Part shown: one piece after another, positions 9,216-21,132 of the stretch
Position numbering within the stretch: position 1 is the stretch's first letter
Layout: the number at the start of each line of letters is the position of its first letter
Source of the DNA: Escherichia coli
Lineage (GTDB): Bacteria > Pseudomonadota > Gammaproteobacteria > Enterobacterales > Enterobacteriaceae
Direction: 5' to 3' (one strand)
Length of the DNA stretch: 64,000 nucleotides
Assembly (NCBI RefSeq): GCF_003334785.1
Contig: NZ_QOWV01000004.1
Translations under genes and position numbers: made by a program
The notes under the pieces: generated by a model
The model's input: only the letters and a program-made list of their open reading frames with translations
What the model was told of the DNA's origin: nothing
Databases searched by the model: none

Positions 9216-9696
9216 TTTCGCCACTCCTGCGACCAAACAGCAGGGCGCGACGCCCTGCGTGTGGTACATCCGGATTCGTGACTGGCAGCGAAAGGATCAT
9301 TCGTGCGCAGTCATCCGTCAGGCGTTGGCCCTCTTCAATCGACATGCTGTGCGAAAGCGGCGACATCAGCGAACAGGAGAGATATTGCGAAACACCGTCC
9401 AGTTCGCCAACGGTAAAGGTCATAGTGCCATACGGCAGTTGCAGACCAATTTTTTCACTCACTTTGCGCAGCGGCCAGAGTTGATCCGGGCCGGGGAAGA
9501 TAACTGCACTCAGCATCCACGGGGTGATCACACACCCCGTCCACTGACCTTCGAACAGCGTAAAATCAGAAACATACACCGGCATTGAAGGATGCAGAAA
9601 AGAGAGATCGTGCATCGAACGCCGGGCAATTTCTTCAAACGCTGCCTGTACTTGCGCCTTCGGGGAGGTCTGGAAACCTGCTATCTCTTCAGTCAT
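9208..9696 (-). CDS. hybE: Hydrogenase-2 operon protein HybE
   Basis: 162 aa from internal Met MTEEIAGFQTSPKAQ... Confidence 0.92.
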   Translation of the reverse strand: MTEEIAGFQTSPKAQVQAAFEEIARRSMHDLSFLHPSMPVYVSDFTLFEGQWTGCVITPWMLSAVIFPGPDQLWPLRKVSEKIGLQLPYGTMTFTVGELDGVSQYLSCSLMSPLSHSMSIEEGQRLTDDCARMILSLPVTNPDVPHAGRRALLFGRRSGENA

Positions 9697-10183
9697 GAAT
9701 CGCCTCCCGTGGGATGGCTTCCACGCCAGATTCACGCAGCGCAGCCAGAACCTGCTCAAGCGCAGGTTCAATCATTGCTTCAACCGTCGGCGTTAAGCCG
9801 ATGTGTGGCTCCAGCGATTCCGGGATCACGCCGACCAGGGTCAGCTTTTTCGGAAACTCGCCGGTGAAGCGCAGGGCCGACAAGACGTCGGCCAGGCCAA
9901 GCTGATGCGGAGAGATTTTGTTGGTAAACAACGCCGGAACTTCTTCATCCCGCAGGATCATCATCGTTCCCGGCGCGTTCTTTTTCGAGACAATGGCATC
10001 CGCAATAATCAAATGATCGCGATTTGCCATGTCGCCAAGCAGCTCCATTCCCGCCGTGCCGCCATCGAGGATCTCAACATAATCCGGCAGAATGTATCGT
10101 TGCTCTAACGCTTCGACAATCCGCACACCGATGGCTTCATCGGTCAGCAAAATATTGCCGACCCCTAAGACTAAAATACGCAT
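9689..10183 (-). CDS. hybD: Hydrogenase 2 maturation endopeptidase HybD
   Basis: 164-aa ORF MRILVLGVGNILLTDEAIG... Confidence 0.95.
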   Translation of the reverse strand: MRILVLGVGNILLTDEAIGVRIVEALEQRYILPDYVEILDGGTAGMELLGDMANRDHLIIADAIVSKKNAPGTMMILRDEEVPALFTNKISPHQLGLADVLSALRFTGEFPKKLTLVGVIPESLEPHIGLTPTVEAMIEPALEQVLAALRESGVEAIPREAIHD

Positions 10184-11886
10184 TACAGAACCTTCACTGA
10201 AACCACTTCGTTGCCGTCAGCATCCACTACGTGTACCGCACAGGCCATGCACGGGTCAAAGGAGTGAATGGTACGCACCACTTCCAGCGGTTTATTCGGA
10301 TCGGCAACCGGTGTACCCACCAGCGACTGCTCGTAAGGACCGACGTCATCATTGAAGTTACGCGGACCAGAGTTCCAGGTTGATGGAACAACCGCCTGGT
10401 AGTTGCTGATGATACCGTCTTTAATAACCATCCAGTGAGAGAGCATACCGCGCGGCGCTTCGAGGAAGCCAACACCTTTGAATTCACCCGTTGCCGGAAT
10501 GTTCGGCTTCACAAAGGTGGTGTGATCGCCTTTGCCGATATTGGTGATCAGTGCACTGTATTGGTTTTGCAGGATATCCTGCAATTCACAGCAGTGAACG
10601 GTACGACCAATAATACGGCCCAGCGTGGAGTGCAGCTGTGCCACTTCCAGCGTGTTGCCAGTCAGTTTCTGATAAATCGCAACGATTTCATTCAGTTTGT
10701 TCTGGGTAGATTCGCGACCTGCCGCCAGTTTCACCAGCATATTAGCCAGTGGCCCCACTTCTACCGTTTTGCCGTAGAAAGTCGGTGATTTCACCCAGGA
10801 ATATTTCCCGTCGTCAGACCAACCATCATAAGCCGGAATGGTGGTGCCTTCCCACGGTGCCTGCGGCGCTTCGTCTTTATACCAGGAGTGCTTCGCGCTT
10901 TCCTGAATGCCTTTGATCAGGTATTCATCGGAATGAGAAGTGATCGGACGATACGAGGACAGATCCGCATTCTCAATGTAGCCGCCCGGGAACAGGAAGC
11001 TGCCGTTTTTACTGTCGGTCGGGAATTCCGGCACGCTCAGGTAGTTCACCGCACCTTTACCGCGTGTCAGCCATTCCGGGTAGAACGCGGCAATAACTGC
11101 GGTATCAACCTTATAAACCTGCTCAACAAAGTCGCTCAGTTTGTCGATGAAAGACTTGATGTACATCAGGCGCTCAAGGTTCAGCACGCCCAAACCGTCG
11201 AGGTTGATCGGGTTCGCGACACCACCTACCGCCAGGTTCTGAATGTGCGGCGTTTTACCGCCCAGCAGCGCCACGACGCGGTTAGCGTCACGCTGGCACT
11301 CCAACGCTTGCAGGTAGTGCGCTACCGCAATCAGGTTCACTTCCGGCGGCAGTTTCATCGCCGGATGACCCCAGTAGCCATTAGCGAAAATACCCAACTG
11401 ACCGCTGGCAACCAGATCTTTGATCTTGTTCTGAACTTTGGTGAACTCTTCCGGACTGTTCAGGTGCCAGGTCGAAACGCCTTTCAGCATTTCGGAGGCT
11501 TTGGTTGGGTCAGCTTGCAGTGCAGAAGTGATGTCCACCCAGTCCAGCGCCGAAAGCTGATAGAAATGAACAATATGGTCATGCGTGGTGTGCGCAGCCA
11601 GAATGATGTTACGGATGTATTGCGCGTTAACCGGAACGTCGATATTCAGCGCACTTTCTGCCGCACGAACGGAAGACAGCGCGTGAGTGGTAGTACATAC
11701 GCCACAGATACGTTGCACAATCATCCATGCATCGCGCGGATCGCGGTTTTTCACGATCTCTTCCATGCCGCGCCACATGGTACCGGAAGCCCATGCTTTC
11801 GAAACGACGCCATTTTCGATTTCGCAATCGATGCGTAAATGCCCCTCAATACGGGTTACCGGATCAATAGTAATTCTCTGGCTCAT
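10183..11886 (-). CDS. hybC: Hydrogenase 2 large subunit (Ni-Fe)
   Basis: 567-aa ORF, N-terminal RIEGH and C-terminal DPCMACAVH motifs. Confidence 0.97.
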   Translation of the reverse strand: MSQRITIDPVTRIEGHLRIDCEIENGVVSKAWASGTMWRGMEEIVKNRDPRDAWMIVQRICGVCTTTHALSSVRAAESALNIDVPVNAQYIRNIILAAHTTHDHIVHFYQLSALDWVDITSALQADPTKASEMLKGVSTWHLNSPEEFTKVQNKIKDLVASGQLGIFANGYWGHPAMKLPPEVNLIAVAHYLQALECQRDANRVVALLGGKTPHIQNLAVGGVANPINLDGLGVLNLERLMYIKSFIDKLSDFVEQVYKVDTAVIAAFYPEWLTRGKGAVNYLSVPEFPTDSKNGSFLFPGGYIENADLSSYRPITSHSDEYLIKGIQESAKHSWYKDEAPQAPWEGTTIPAYDGWSDDGKYSWVKSPTFYGKTVEVGPLANMLVKLAAGRESTQNKLNEIVAIYQKLTGNTLEVAQLHSTLGRIIGRTVHCCELQDILQNQYSALITNIGKGDHTTFVKPNIPATGEFKGVGFLEAPRGMLSHWMVIKDGIISNYQAVVPSTWNSGPRNFNDDVGPYEQSLVGTPVADPNKPLEVVRTIHSFDPCMACAVHVVDADGNEVVSVKVL

Positions 11887-13061
11887 GCTTTGCTCGCCTC
11901 ATGACGATTATGATCGTTTTGTTTTAAAGGAGGAAGTATCGGCAGTAGACGAATGAGTACGATGTAAGCGCAAATCTCAATAGCCACAAAACCAATAGAA
12001 ATCAACAGTTCTTCCCAGGTCGGGAAGTAGGCGTAACCGCCGCCCGGGTTGAATGCCACCAGCGAATAGGTCAGACGCCAGGTTGCACAACCTAACAGTG
12101 CGCTCAGTGCTGACAGGAACAGCATGCGGGAATCATTACGCAGCTTCGCCACACGCAGAACGACCAGCGGGAAGAGCATCAGCAGGACTTCAATCCAGAA
12201 CATCACGGAGTAGAAGTCACCGGCAAACGCTAACGACAGCTTGTCGCGATAGATAAGCTCGCCAAAGCGCAGCACGATGAAAATCGCCAGCAACACACTG
12301 ATGGTGTTGGTCAGCTTAACAAACAGACTCTTTTCATCCGGACCGTTGCCACGCAGACCCGCCTGCACCAGCGAACCTTCAAAGATGACAATCGAGAAGC
12401 CCATGATGAACGCCGTCAGCAGCGAGAACAGCGGCAACATTTCATAGCTCTGCCACAACGGATGCACCTTGTAGCCCGCCGAGATCATCAGCGACCCCAT
12501 TGAAGACTGGTGCATGGTCGGCAGCAGCGCACCGAGCGCGATGATGAAGAACATCACCTTGTTTAGTCGCTGTAGCGACACCTTCCACCCCAGACGTTCA
12601 AACAGTGCCGGAGCAAACTCCAGTGCCATCACGCCGATATAGATGGTCATACAGACCGCCGTCTCGAACAGTACCGAGTTCACGTTGAAGTGACCCGGAA
12701 TGTAGAAGTACGGCAGGTTCCAGTAGCGACCCACGTCGATAGTGATCGACAAGCCACCCAGTGAGTAACCAAACAGACTCGCCAACAGCGCCGGACGCAC
12801 CAGCGGATGGTATTGCCCACGGTTAAAGACGTATACCGCCCACGCCAGCGCCCAGCCGCCACAGGCAAAGCCGGTGCCAATCAGCAGGTCAAACGCGATC
12901 CACACGCCCCACGGGAAGCCGCCGTTCAGGTCAGAGACAGAGCCCAGACCGAACACCAGACGCTTCACAATCAGGAGCATACAGATGACGATTAACGGTC
13001 CAAAAATCATGACCGGTTTACTGATGATTTTGCCGCCCAGCGGTTGTGGATCATGACTCAT
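11883..13061 (-). CDS. hybB: Hydrogenase 2 membrane subunit HybB
   Basis: 392-aa polytopic membrane ORF in operon position. Confidence 0.95.
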
Positions 13062-14037
13062 GATCGTCTCCTCCGTCGTGATGGTCGTTTTTGGTGTTGC
13101 GACGAACCAGCACGGTTAAGCCCGCCAGCACAGCCAGTGGTAGCATCATGCCTTTATACAGGGTGTGTTGAATATTTTCGGAACGCGCACCGGTAGAAAG
13201 ATCGTCCAGTTTCGGCAGGTCGAGATTTTCATAAGGCACACCCGTCAGTACCAGAACCTGAGTACCGCCGCCCTCTTTCTCGCCGTACAGATGCGGATAA
13301 TATTTCGGCACCGTATGCAGGTAAGTGTCGCCAGATTTCAGCGTCTGACGCGGATAGTGGTATTCGCTGCCAGGCTTCAGCGCCAGACGTTTTTTCGCCT
13401 CCGCCATCAGCTCTTCACGCGTACCGAAAATCACCGCGCCCGCCGGGCACACTTCTACGCAGCCAGGTAGACCGCCTTTATCGAGACGTTCCACACCTTT
13501 CTGGTTGCACAGCTCGCACTTATGCAGCGCACCAAACGGGTTGTTGTAGTCGTACTTCGGCACGTTGTACGGACAGGCGACCATGCAGTAACGGCAGCCG
13601 GTGCACACATCTTTGTCGTAATGGACAATGCCGGTTTTCGGATCTTTTTTCAGTGCAGAGACCGGGCACACAGAGACACAGTTCGGATCGACGCAGTGCA
13701 TACACTGTTTCTTAATGTACGCGTAGCCGTTCTCCTCCTGGTCTTTGTTGACCCCTGTGCCGCTGGTCCACACCTGAATGATGTTATTGGTATACGGCGA
13801 CAGTTTGTCGTTGTTCGACCAGGTCTGTTCCCCTTGCGGGTTACGTTCAGGGAAATTGATATCCTGACACTTGGTGACGCAAGCCTGGCAGCCTACGCAC
13901 AAGGTCGAGTCGTACAACATCCCCAGCGATCCCGGAATTGGCGGGCGGTTTTCAGCAGCCGCATGACTGACAGACGGCAGCGCGCCCGTCAGCAATGCCC
14001 CGCAGGAGGCTGCTTTAATAAAATTACGTCTGTTCAC
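13051..14037 (-). CDS. hybA: Hydrogenase 2 iron-sulfur ferredoxin-type subunit HybA
   Basis: 328-aa ORF, twin-arginine signal (NRRNFIK), multiple CxxCxxCxxxCP clusters. Confidence 0.95.
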
Positions 14038-14039
14038 GG

Positions 14040-15158
14040 TTATTCTCCCCGTGAGTCAGCGTTATCTTTCTTTTGCTGACGACCCAGTTCACGCACCGCC
14101 ATCACGCTGACACCGGCAACCAACCCAACCACACCGCCGAGCAAACCAATAGCGCCTGCAGAGACGTTGCCGCCCTCTTTAGCGTTAACATCCGGTTTCT
14201 GTGAACGCGGAGTTTGATTTTCGACGTTGGCAAGCTGATGGATGCCTTTATGGAAGCCGATACCTTCTTCGTTACAGCCATAGCACGGGTGACCAATCGC
14301 CACCGGCCACACACCGCCAACATCGCAGAATTGCAGCGTTGAGCAGTTGCCGTAAGTTTCTGGCCCTTTACAGCCGAGGTGGTACAGGCACCAGCCTTCG
14401 CGGTGGCCTTCATCACCGAACTCTTTGGCAAAACGACCAGCATCGAAGTGCGGGCGACGTTCGCAGTGTTCGTGAATCAGACGGCCATAGGCGAAGGTCG
14501 GACGGTTTTTGTCATCCAGTTTCGGCGGTTTGCCGTAAGTGATGATGTGCGCAACGGTCGCGAGGAAGTTGTGCGGGTTCGGCGGGCAGCCCGGAATATT
14601 GATAACGGTTTTGCCTGGCAGAACTTCTTGCAGGCTGACTGCGCCAGTTGGGTTAACTCCAGCTGCGGCAACACCGCCCCACGCAGAGCAGGAACCGATA
14701 GCGATAATGGCTGCTGCGCCTTCCGCCGCTTTGCGGATGTGATCCACAATCGGCTCACCGGCAACCATGCAATAAATACCGTTATCTTTTAATGGGATGG
14801 AACCATCCACCACTAACACATACTGCCCTTTGTACTTCTCGAGAGCGTTATGTTTGTTCTCTTCGACCTGATGACCGAAGGCGGCGGAAAGCACTTCGTG
14901 ATACTCCAGAGAGATAGTCTCCAGTACGAGGTTTTCTACCGTTGGATGCGTTGCACGAAGCAGAGATTCCGTACAACCGGTGCACTCCTGCGCGCCAATC
15001 CAGATAACTGGCGGACGCTGCGGGTTAGTAACCGATTCGGCCATCTCTGCAGCGGCTTTGCTACTTAACCCCATGGTGGCGGCTAATGCTGCACAAAGCT
15101 TCATGAAATCACGACGGTTAATGCCGTGAGAATGGATGAGGGTGTTATCTCCAGTCAT
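14040..15158 (-). CDS. hybO: Hydrogenase 2 small subunit HybO
   Basis: 372-aa ORF, twin-arginine signal (INRRDFMK). Confidence 0.95.
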   Translation of the reverse strand: MTGDNTLIHSHGINRRDFMKLCAALAATMGLSSKAAAEMAESVTNPQRPPVIWIGAQECTGCTESLLRATHPTVENLVLETISLEYHEVLSAAFGHQVEENKHNALEKYKGQYVLVVDGSIPLKDNGIYCMVAGEPIVDHIRKAAEGAAAIIAIGSCSAWGGVAAAGVNPTGAVSLQEVLPGKTVINIPGCPPNPHNFLATVAHIITYGKPPKLDDKNRPTFAYGRLIHEHCERRPHFDAGRFAKEFGDEGHREGWCLYHLGCKGPETYGNCSTLQFCDVGGVWPVAIGHPCYGCNEEGIGFHKGIHQLANVENQTPRSQKPDVNAKEGGNVSAGAIGLLGGVVGLVAGVSVMAVRELGRQQKKDNADSRGE

Positions 15159-15346
15159 TTATAGTTATTCCGTTGCGAAGACCTGGCATATATTTTGCCT
15201 CAATCGCAAAATCAATAATGCGATCGATGCGCCATTTACCACACATTTATTATGGTTATCGATATCATGATACTGCGGCGGGGCGCTAAAACGAAGGGAA
15301 GAAGCATTAGTGTAATTAATTAAAGCAAGATAATACGTATGTTTGA

Positions 15347-15634
15347 TCAATTTTCGAGGCGATAACCGGCCATAAAAAAGCGCAACGTAGAACAGGAATT
15401 ATTCTCACGAAAGAAATCCATTACCATCTCTTTATCCAGTCCATAGCGGCGCGTCAGAATACCCGCTTCCCAGGCGCTAAGCTGGCGATCTCCGGTCTTT
15501 TCGTACATCCGGTGTGAGTAGCCTAATACAAAACCGCGTTTATAATCGGCACAGAATTTTGTCACATTAACCGCACTGTCGGCATGCGTTGCTTTTAATC
15601 CCGCCATTAAGCCTTTACCAAAATGGTTATTCAT
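15347..15634 (-). CDS. yghW: DUF2623-family protein YghW
   Basis: 95-aa [20 protein letters not shown]... Confidence 0.9.
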
Positions 15635-15752
15635 CGTTCACCTCATTCGCTATATATTGTCATATATAGCGATATTTTAGGCAAAGAACGACTTTTGCGC
15701 ACGCTATTTTTTCATGCTTGTTTAAGACGTAATCCCGTAAGAGATAAACCTA

Positions 15753-16637
15753 TCAGGAGAGATATTTATCGAACCATTTCAGTGTCCTTTGCCAGGCAAG
15801 ATCGGCGGCAGATTTGTCATAACGGGGCGTGGAATCATTATGGAATCCGTGATTAACCCCCGGATAGATATACGCCTCATAAACCTTATTATTGGCTTTC
15901 AACGCCGCCTCGTAAGCAGGCCAGCCCTCGTTGATTCGGGTGTCCAGTTCCGCGAAGTGGAGTAGTAAAGGCGCTTCAATCTTCGCCACATCGGCAGTGG
16001 GTGCCTGACGACCATAAAACGGCACCGCGCAGGCCAGTTCCGGATACGCGACAGCCGCCGCGTTCGATACGCCACCGCCATAGCAAAATCCGGTAATACC
16101 CACTTTGCCTGTCGCTTGCGGATAGCGTTGCATAAACTCAATTGCGGCAAAGAAATCATTCATCAGTTTGTTGGATCAACCTGCTGTTGCAGCTCACGAC
16201 CTTTATCATCATTTCCCGGATAACCTCCAACGGAACTTAAGCCGTCAGGTGCCAGGGCGATATACCCCGCCTTCGCCACTCGCCGTGCCACATCTTCGAT
16301 ATACGGATTCAGTCCACGATTCTCATGCACCACCACTACGGCTGGCGTTTTGCCGCTCATCTTTGCGGGCTTCACCAGATAACCCCGCACCTCGCCGTGA
16401 CCATTTGGCGAAGGATACGTGATGTACTCAGCAACAATTTCCGGGTCGGTAAACTCTACCTGAGTCGCCAGCGCATAATTTGGCTTGAGCAAATCAAACA
16501 ACGCTAATGCCGTCATCCCGCCTACCGCACTTCGCCGCAAGGTTGAGGAACTCACGTTTCGAGATTTTCCCGTGAGCGTAATAGTCATAGTAATCCAGCA
16601 ACTCTTGTGGGAAATCTTTGGCGGTTAAACGCGGCAT
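15753..16637 (-). pseudogene. yghX: Dienelactone hydrolase-family gene yghX, disrupted by two frameshifts
   Basis: Three consecutive segments in minus frames 2/1/2 (16494-16682, 16163-16588, 15753-16163) each encode sensible dienelactone hydrolase sequence. Confidence 0.85.
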
Positions 16638-16793
16638 CGTTGCACTCCTCAGTTGGTGTTTTTTTAAGCAAAGCATAAGCACGTGTTTTTGCCCAGTTTT
16701 TCGTCACTCTGTGAGCCAGACTACGGGATACGCGCTGGCGAATCGCTAAACTAGAAACATTGTTTCGAAATTGAACGGTGGAAAGGAGAGGTC

Positions 16794-17834
16794 ATGGTCT
16801 GGTTAGCGAATCCCGAACGTTACGGGCAGATGCAATACCGCTATTGCGGAAAAAGTGGTTTACGCCTGCCCGCGTTATCGCTCGGTTTATGGCACAATTT
16901 CGGTCACGTTAACGCGCTGGAATCACAGCGTGCGATCCTGCGTAAAGCGTTTGATTTGGGCATTACGCACTTTGATTTAGCCAACAATTACGGGCCGCCT
17001 CCAGGAAGCGCAGAAGAGAACTTTGGTCGCCTGCTGCGGGAGGATTTTGCCGCTTATCGCGATGAACTGATTATCTCTACCAAGGCTGGCTACGATATGT
17101 GGCCCGGCCCTTACGGCTCTGGCGGTTCACGTAAATACCTGCTCGCCAGCCTCGACCAAAGCCTGAAGCGTATGGGGCTTGAGTATGTCGATATCTTTTA
17201 CTCTCATCGCGTCGATGAAAATACGCCGATGGAAGAAACCGCCTCTGCGCTGGCTCATGCGGTACAAAGCGGTAAGGCGCTGTATGTCGGGATCTCCTCT
17301 TACTCGCCAGAGCGGACGCAAAAAATGGTCGAGTTGCTGCGCGAGTGGAAAATTCCGCTGTTAATTCATCAACCTTCGTACAATTTACTGAACCGCTGGG
17401 TGGATAAAAGCGGCCTGCTGGATACCCTGCAAAATAACGGCGTGGGCTGTATTGCCTTTACTCCTCTGGCTCAGGGATTGCTGACCGGAAAATATCTCAA
17501 CGGCATTCCGCAAGATTCACGGATGCATCGTGAAGGGAATAAAGTTCGTGGTCTGACACCGAAAATGCTTACCGAAGCCAACCTCAACAGCCTGCGCTTA
17601 TTGAATGAAATGGCACAGCAGCGTGGACAATCAATGGCGCAAATGGCGTTAAGCTGGTTGCTGAAAGATGATCGCGTGACGTCGGTATTGATTGGTGCCA
17701 GCCGCGCGGAGCAACTAGAGGAGAACGTGCAGGCGCTGAATAATCTGACATTTAGCACCAAGGAGCTGGCGCAGATTGATCAGCATATCGCCGATGGCGA
17801 GCTGAATCTGTGGCAGGCGTCTTCCGATAAATGA
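16794..17834 (+). CDS. gpr: L-glyceraldehyde 3-phosphate reductase (aldo-keto reductase)
   Basis: 346-aa ORF MVWLANPERYGQMQYRYCGKSGL... Confidence 0.95.
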   Translation: MVWLANPERYGQMQYRYCGKSGLRLPALSLGLWHNFGHVNALESQRAILRKAFDLGITHFDLANNYGPPPGSAEENFGRLLREDFAAYRDELIISTKAGYDMWPGPYGSGGSRKYLLASLDQSLKRMGLEYVDIFYSHRVDENTPMEETASALAHAVQSGKALYVGISSYSPERTQKMVELLREWKIPLLIHQPSYNLLNRWVDKSGLLDTLQNNGVGCIAFTPLAQGLLTGKYLNGIPQDSRMHREGNKVRGLTPKMLTEANLNSLRLLNEMAQQRGQSMAQMALSWLLKDDRVTSVLIGASRAEQLEENVQALNNLTFSTKELAQIDQHIADGELNLWQASSDK

Positions 17835-17873
17835 CCTGTTAATAACGGGCGCGCGAACCGCGCCCGAATCAGA

Positions 17874-18437
<564 letters not shown>

Positions 18438-18558
18438 TCAACATATACGTTAAACCTTTGTCGCATAATTCTGAGGTTTAGGGATCTTCCTGGTTCCCTT
18501 ATCAACGCATCGAGAACGTCTACCCTTAAAGGACGTTGAACCTGAAGGGAGAAAAACG

Positions 18559-19443
18559 ATGTCTCATTTAAAAGACCCGACCACGCAGTATTACACTGGT
18601 GAATATCCCAAACAGAAACAACCGACGCCAGGCATCCAGGCGAAGATGACACCGGTACCGGATTGCGGCGAGAAAACCTATGTTGGTAGCGGTCGCCTGA
18701 AAGATCGTAAAGCACTGGTGACAGGGGGCGATTCCGGAATAGGTCGCGCTGCCGCCATCGCTTACGCGCGTGAAGGGGCTGACGTGGCGATCAGTTATCT
18801 TCCCGTGGAAGAAGAAGACGCTCAGGATGTGAAAAAGATCATTGAAGAATGCGGACGCAAAGCCGTTCTGCTGCCAGGCGATTTAAGCGATGAGAAATTT
18901 GCCCGTTCGCTGGTTCACGAAGCGCACAAGGCGTTAGGCGGGCTGGATATTATGGCGCTGGTCGCCGGGAAACAGGTTGCCATTCCGGATATTGCAGACC
19001 TCACCAGCGAACAGTTTCAAAAGACCTTTGCCATTAACGTTTTCGCGCTGTTCTGGCTAACCCAGGAAGCGATCCCCCTGCTACCGAAAGGTGCAAGTAT
19101 CATCACCACTTCGTCAATCCAGGCATACCAGCCAAGTCCGCATTTACTGGACTATGCGGCTACGAAGGCGGCGATTCTGAACTACAGCCGTGGCTTGGCA
19201 AAACAGGTCGCGGAGAAAGGTATTCGGGTGAATATTGTCGCGCCAGGCCCGATCTGGACAGCACTGCAAATTTCCGGCGGACAAACGCAGGATAAGATCC
19301 CGCAGTTTGGTCAGCAAACGCCGATGAAACGTGCGGGGCAACCGGCGGAACTGGCCCCTGTATATGTTTATCTGGCAAGTCAGGAGTCGAGCTACGTCAC
19401 CGCAGAAGTGCACGGCGTGTGCGGCGGCGAGCATTTAGGTTAA
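18559..19443 (+). CDS. yghA: NAD(P)-dependent short-chain dehydrogenase YghA
   Basis: 294-aa ORF with [11 protein letters not shown]ossmann motif. Confidence 0.95.
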
Positions 19444-19447
19444 AAAA

Positions 19448-19476
19448 ATGCCCGGTTGTGAAAAGCAACCGGGCAT
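19448..19476. terminator. Bidirectional hairpin terminator between yghA and exbD
   Basis: atgcccggttg-tgaaaag-caaccgggcat flanked by A-run upstream (T-run on minus strand). Confidence 0.6.
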
Positions 19477-19504
19477 CATTGTGAATTCACTCTTACCTGA
19501 TGTG

Positions 19505-19710
19505 GCGAAAACGCCTTATCCGCCTACAAACGCATGAAGATTCAACATGTTGCAATAGATTTTGTAGGCCTGATAAGCGTAGCGCATCAGGCATTGAGCA
19601 CCTAATGCCGGATGCGTCGTGAACGCCTTATCCGGCCTACAAACGCACGAAGATTCAACATGTTGCAATAGATTTTGTAGGCCTGATGAGCGTAGCGCAT
19701 CAGGCAATTC
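19505..19710. repeat. BIME/REP cluster: two tandem ~84-bp units
   Basis: Units 19511-19592 and 19623-19706 near-identical, each containing inverted REP-like arms gcctacaaa / tttgtaggc. Confidence 0.85.
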
Positions 19711-19714
19711 TACT

Positions 19715-20140
19715 TTACTTCGCTTTGGCGGTTTCTTCGCCGACCAGACCTATCTTCAGGTAACCCGCCTGATGCAGCGTATCCATTACCTTCATCAACG
19801 TCTCGTAATCGACGGTTTTGTCCGCTCGGAAGAAGATGGTGGTGTCTTTCTTGCCTTCGGTTAACGCATTCAACGCCGTAATCATTGTTTCATCGGTGAC
19901 CGGATCGTTACCGATAAACATCGAGTTGTCTGCCTTCACCGACAGATAAACCGGTTTTTCCGGGCGCGGCTGCGGCGTGCTGGTAGAAGCAGGCAAGTTC
20001 ACCTTCACATCTACCGTCGCTAACGGTGCCGCCACCATAAAGATAATCAGCAGAACCAACATCACGTCGATAAACGGCGTCACGTTGATATCATGCATTT
20101 CGCCGTTATCGTCGAGGTTTTCGTTAAGATGCATTGCCAT
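19715..20140 (-). CDS. exbD: TonB-system biopolymer transport protein ExbD
   Basis: 141-aa ORF MAMHLNENLDDNGEMHDINVTPFIDVMLVLLIIFMV... Confidence 0.97.
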   Translation of the reverse strand: MAMHLNENLDDNGEMHDINVTPFIDVMLVLLIIFMVAAPLATVDVKVNLPASTSTPQPRPEKPVYLSVKADNSMFIGNDPVTDETMITALNALTEGKKDTTIFFRADKTVDYETLMKVMDTLHQAGYLKIGLVGEETAKAK

Positions 20141-20146
20141 CGGATA

Positions 20147-20881
20147 TTATCCTGCGCGTAATTTTTGTGCGACACGAACCGGATGCGCAGCGGCGCTGGC
20201 TTCCAGATCCAGGTCACGGCTTTGCAGCAACAATACCTGCGCTGCAACATCACCCAGCATCGCTTTAAAGCCGCCAATCTGGCGTGCAAATACGTTATAG
20301 ATAACGACCGCAGGAATCGCTGCCACGAGGCCGATTGCCGTTGCTAACAGAGCTTCTGCGATACCCGGCGCAACGACTGCCAGGTTAGTGGTCTGCGTTT
20401 GCGCGATACCAATAAAGCTGTTCATGATGCCCCAGACCGTACCAAACAGACCAACGAACGGAGAAATCGCGCCGATGGTTGCCAGATAGCCGTTACCGCG
20501 GCCCATTTGACGACCCACTGCGGCGACCCGACGCTCCAGACGGAAGCTGGTACGTTCTTTAATACCTTCGTTATCGTCGCTGCCTTCTGACAGTTCCAGC
20601 TCATTCTGCGCTTCATTGAGCAAATGCAGGCTTAAGCTTTTGCTACCAAAATCAGCGGCGATATCGTTGGCCTGGTTTAAGGAACGCGCTTCAGCCAGCA
20701 GTTGCTGCTCGCGCTTAAGGCGACGCTTCTGATTGAAGAACTCTACGCTCTTACTGAAGAAGATTGCCCAGGTGACTACGGAGGCCAAAATAAGCCCAAT
20801 CATCACGCACTTAACGACAATATCGGCGTGCTGATACATACCCCAGACGGAAAGGTCCGTCTGCATTAAATTATTACCCAC
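20147..20881 (-). CDS. exbB: TonB-system biopolymer transport protein ExbB
   Basis: 244-aa ORF, MotA/TolQ/ExbB family. Confidence 0.97.
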   Translation of the reverse strand: MGNNLMQTDLSVWGMYQHADIVVKCVMIGLILASVVTWAIFFSKSVEFFNQKRRLKREQQLLAEARSLNQANDIAADFGSKSLSLHLLNEAQNELELSEGSDDNEGIKERTSFRLERRVAAVGRQMGRGNGYLATIGAISPFVGLFGTVWGIMNSFIGIAQTQTTNLAVVAPGIAEALLATAIGLVAAIPAVVIYNVFARQIGGFKAMLGDVAAQVLLLQSRDLDLEASAAAHPVRVAQKLRAG

Positions 20882-20943
20882 TGTGTATCTCCAGGACGCA
20901 AGTCACAAAATCTGCGCATAATAATATCAAAACGACGTCGAAT

Positions 20944-20962
20944 TGATAGTCGTTCTCATTAC
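20944..20962 (-). promoter_or_regulatory. Possible Fur box in exbB promoter region
   Basis: tgatagtcgttctcattac matches 13 of 19 positions of the Fur consensus by eye; exbBD is Fur-regulated in E. coli (established knowledge). Confidence 0.3.
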
Positions 20963-21096
20963 TATTTGCATACTGCCGTACCTTTGCTTTCTTTTCCTTG
21001 CGTTTACGCAGTAAAAAAGTCACCAGCACGCCATTTGCGAAAATTTTCTGCTTTATGCCAATTCTTCAGGATGCGCCCGCGAATATTCATGCTAGT

Positions 21097-21116
21097 TTAG
21101 ACATCCAGACGTATAA
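21097..21116 (+). promoter_or_regulatory. Putative MetJ operator (tandem met boxes) upstream of metC
   Basis: agacatcc agacgtat tandem 8-mers resembling AGACGTCT just upstream of the metC start. Confidence 0.45.
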
Positions 21117-21132
21117 AAACAGGAATCCCGAC

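Noticed and set aside
10888-11838. 316-aa plus-strand ORF inside hybC
   Set aside because: It is antisense to the hydrogenase large subunit and its composition is arginine/valine-rich, typical of antisense translation.
15165-15350. 61-aa ORF in the hybO upstream region
   Set aside because: It has no ribosome-binding site and lies in the AT-rich hyb promoter region, so it is more likely regulatory DNA than coding.
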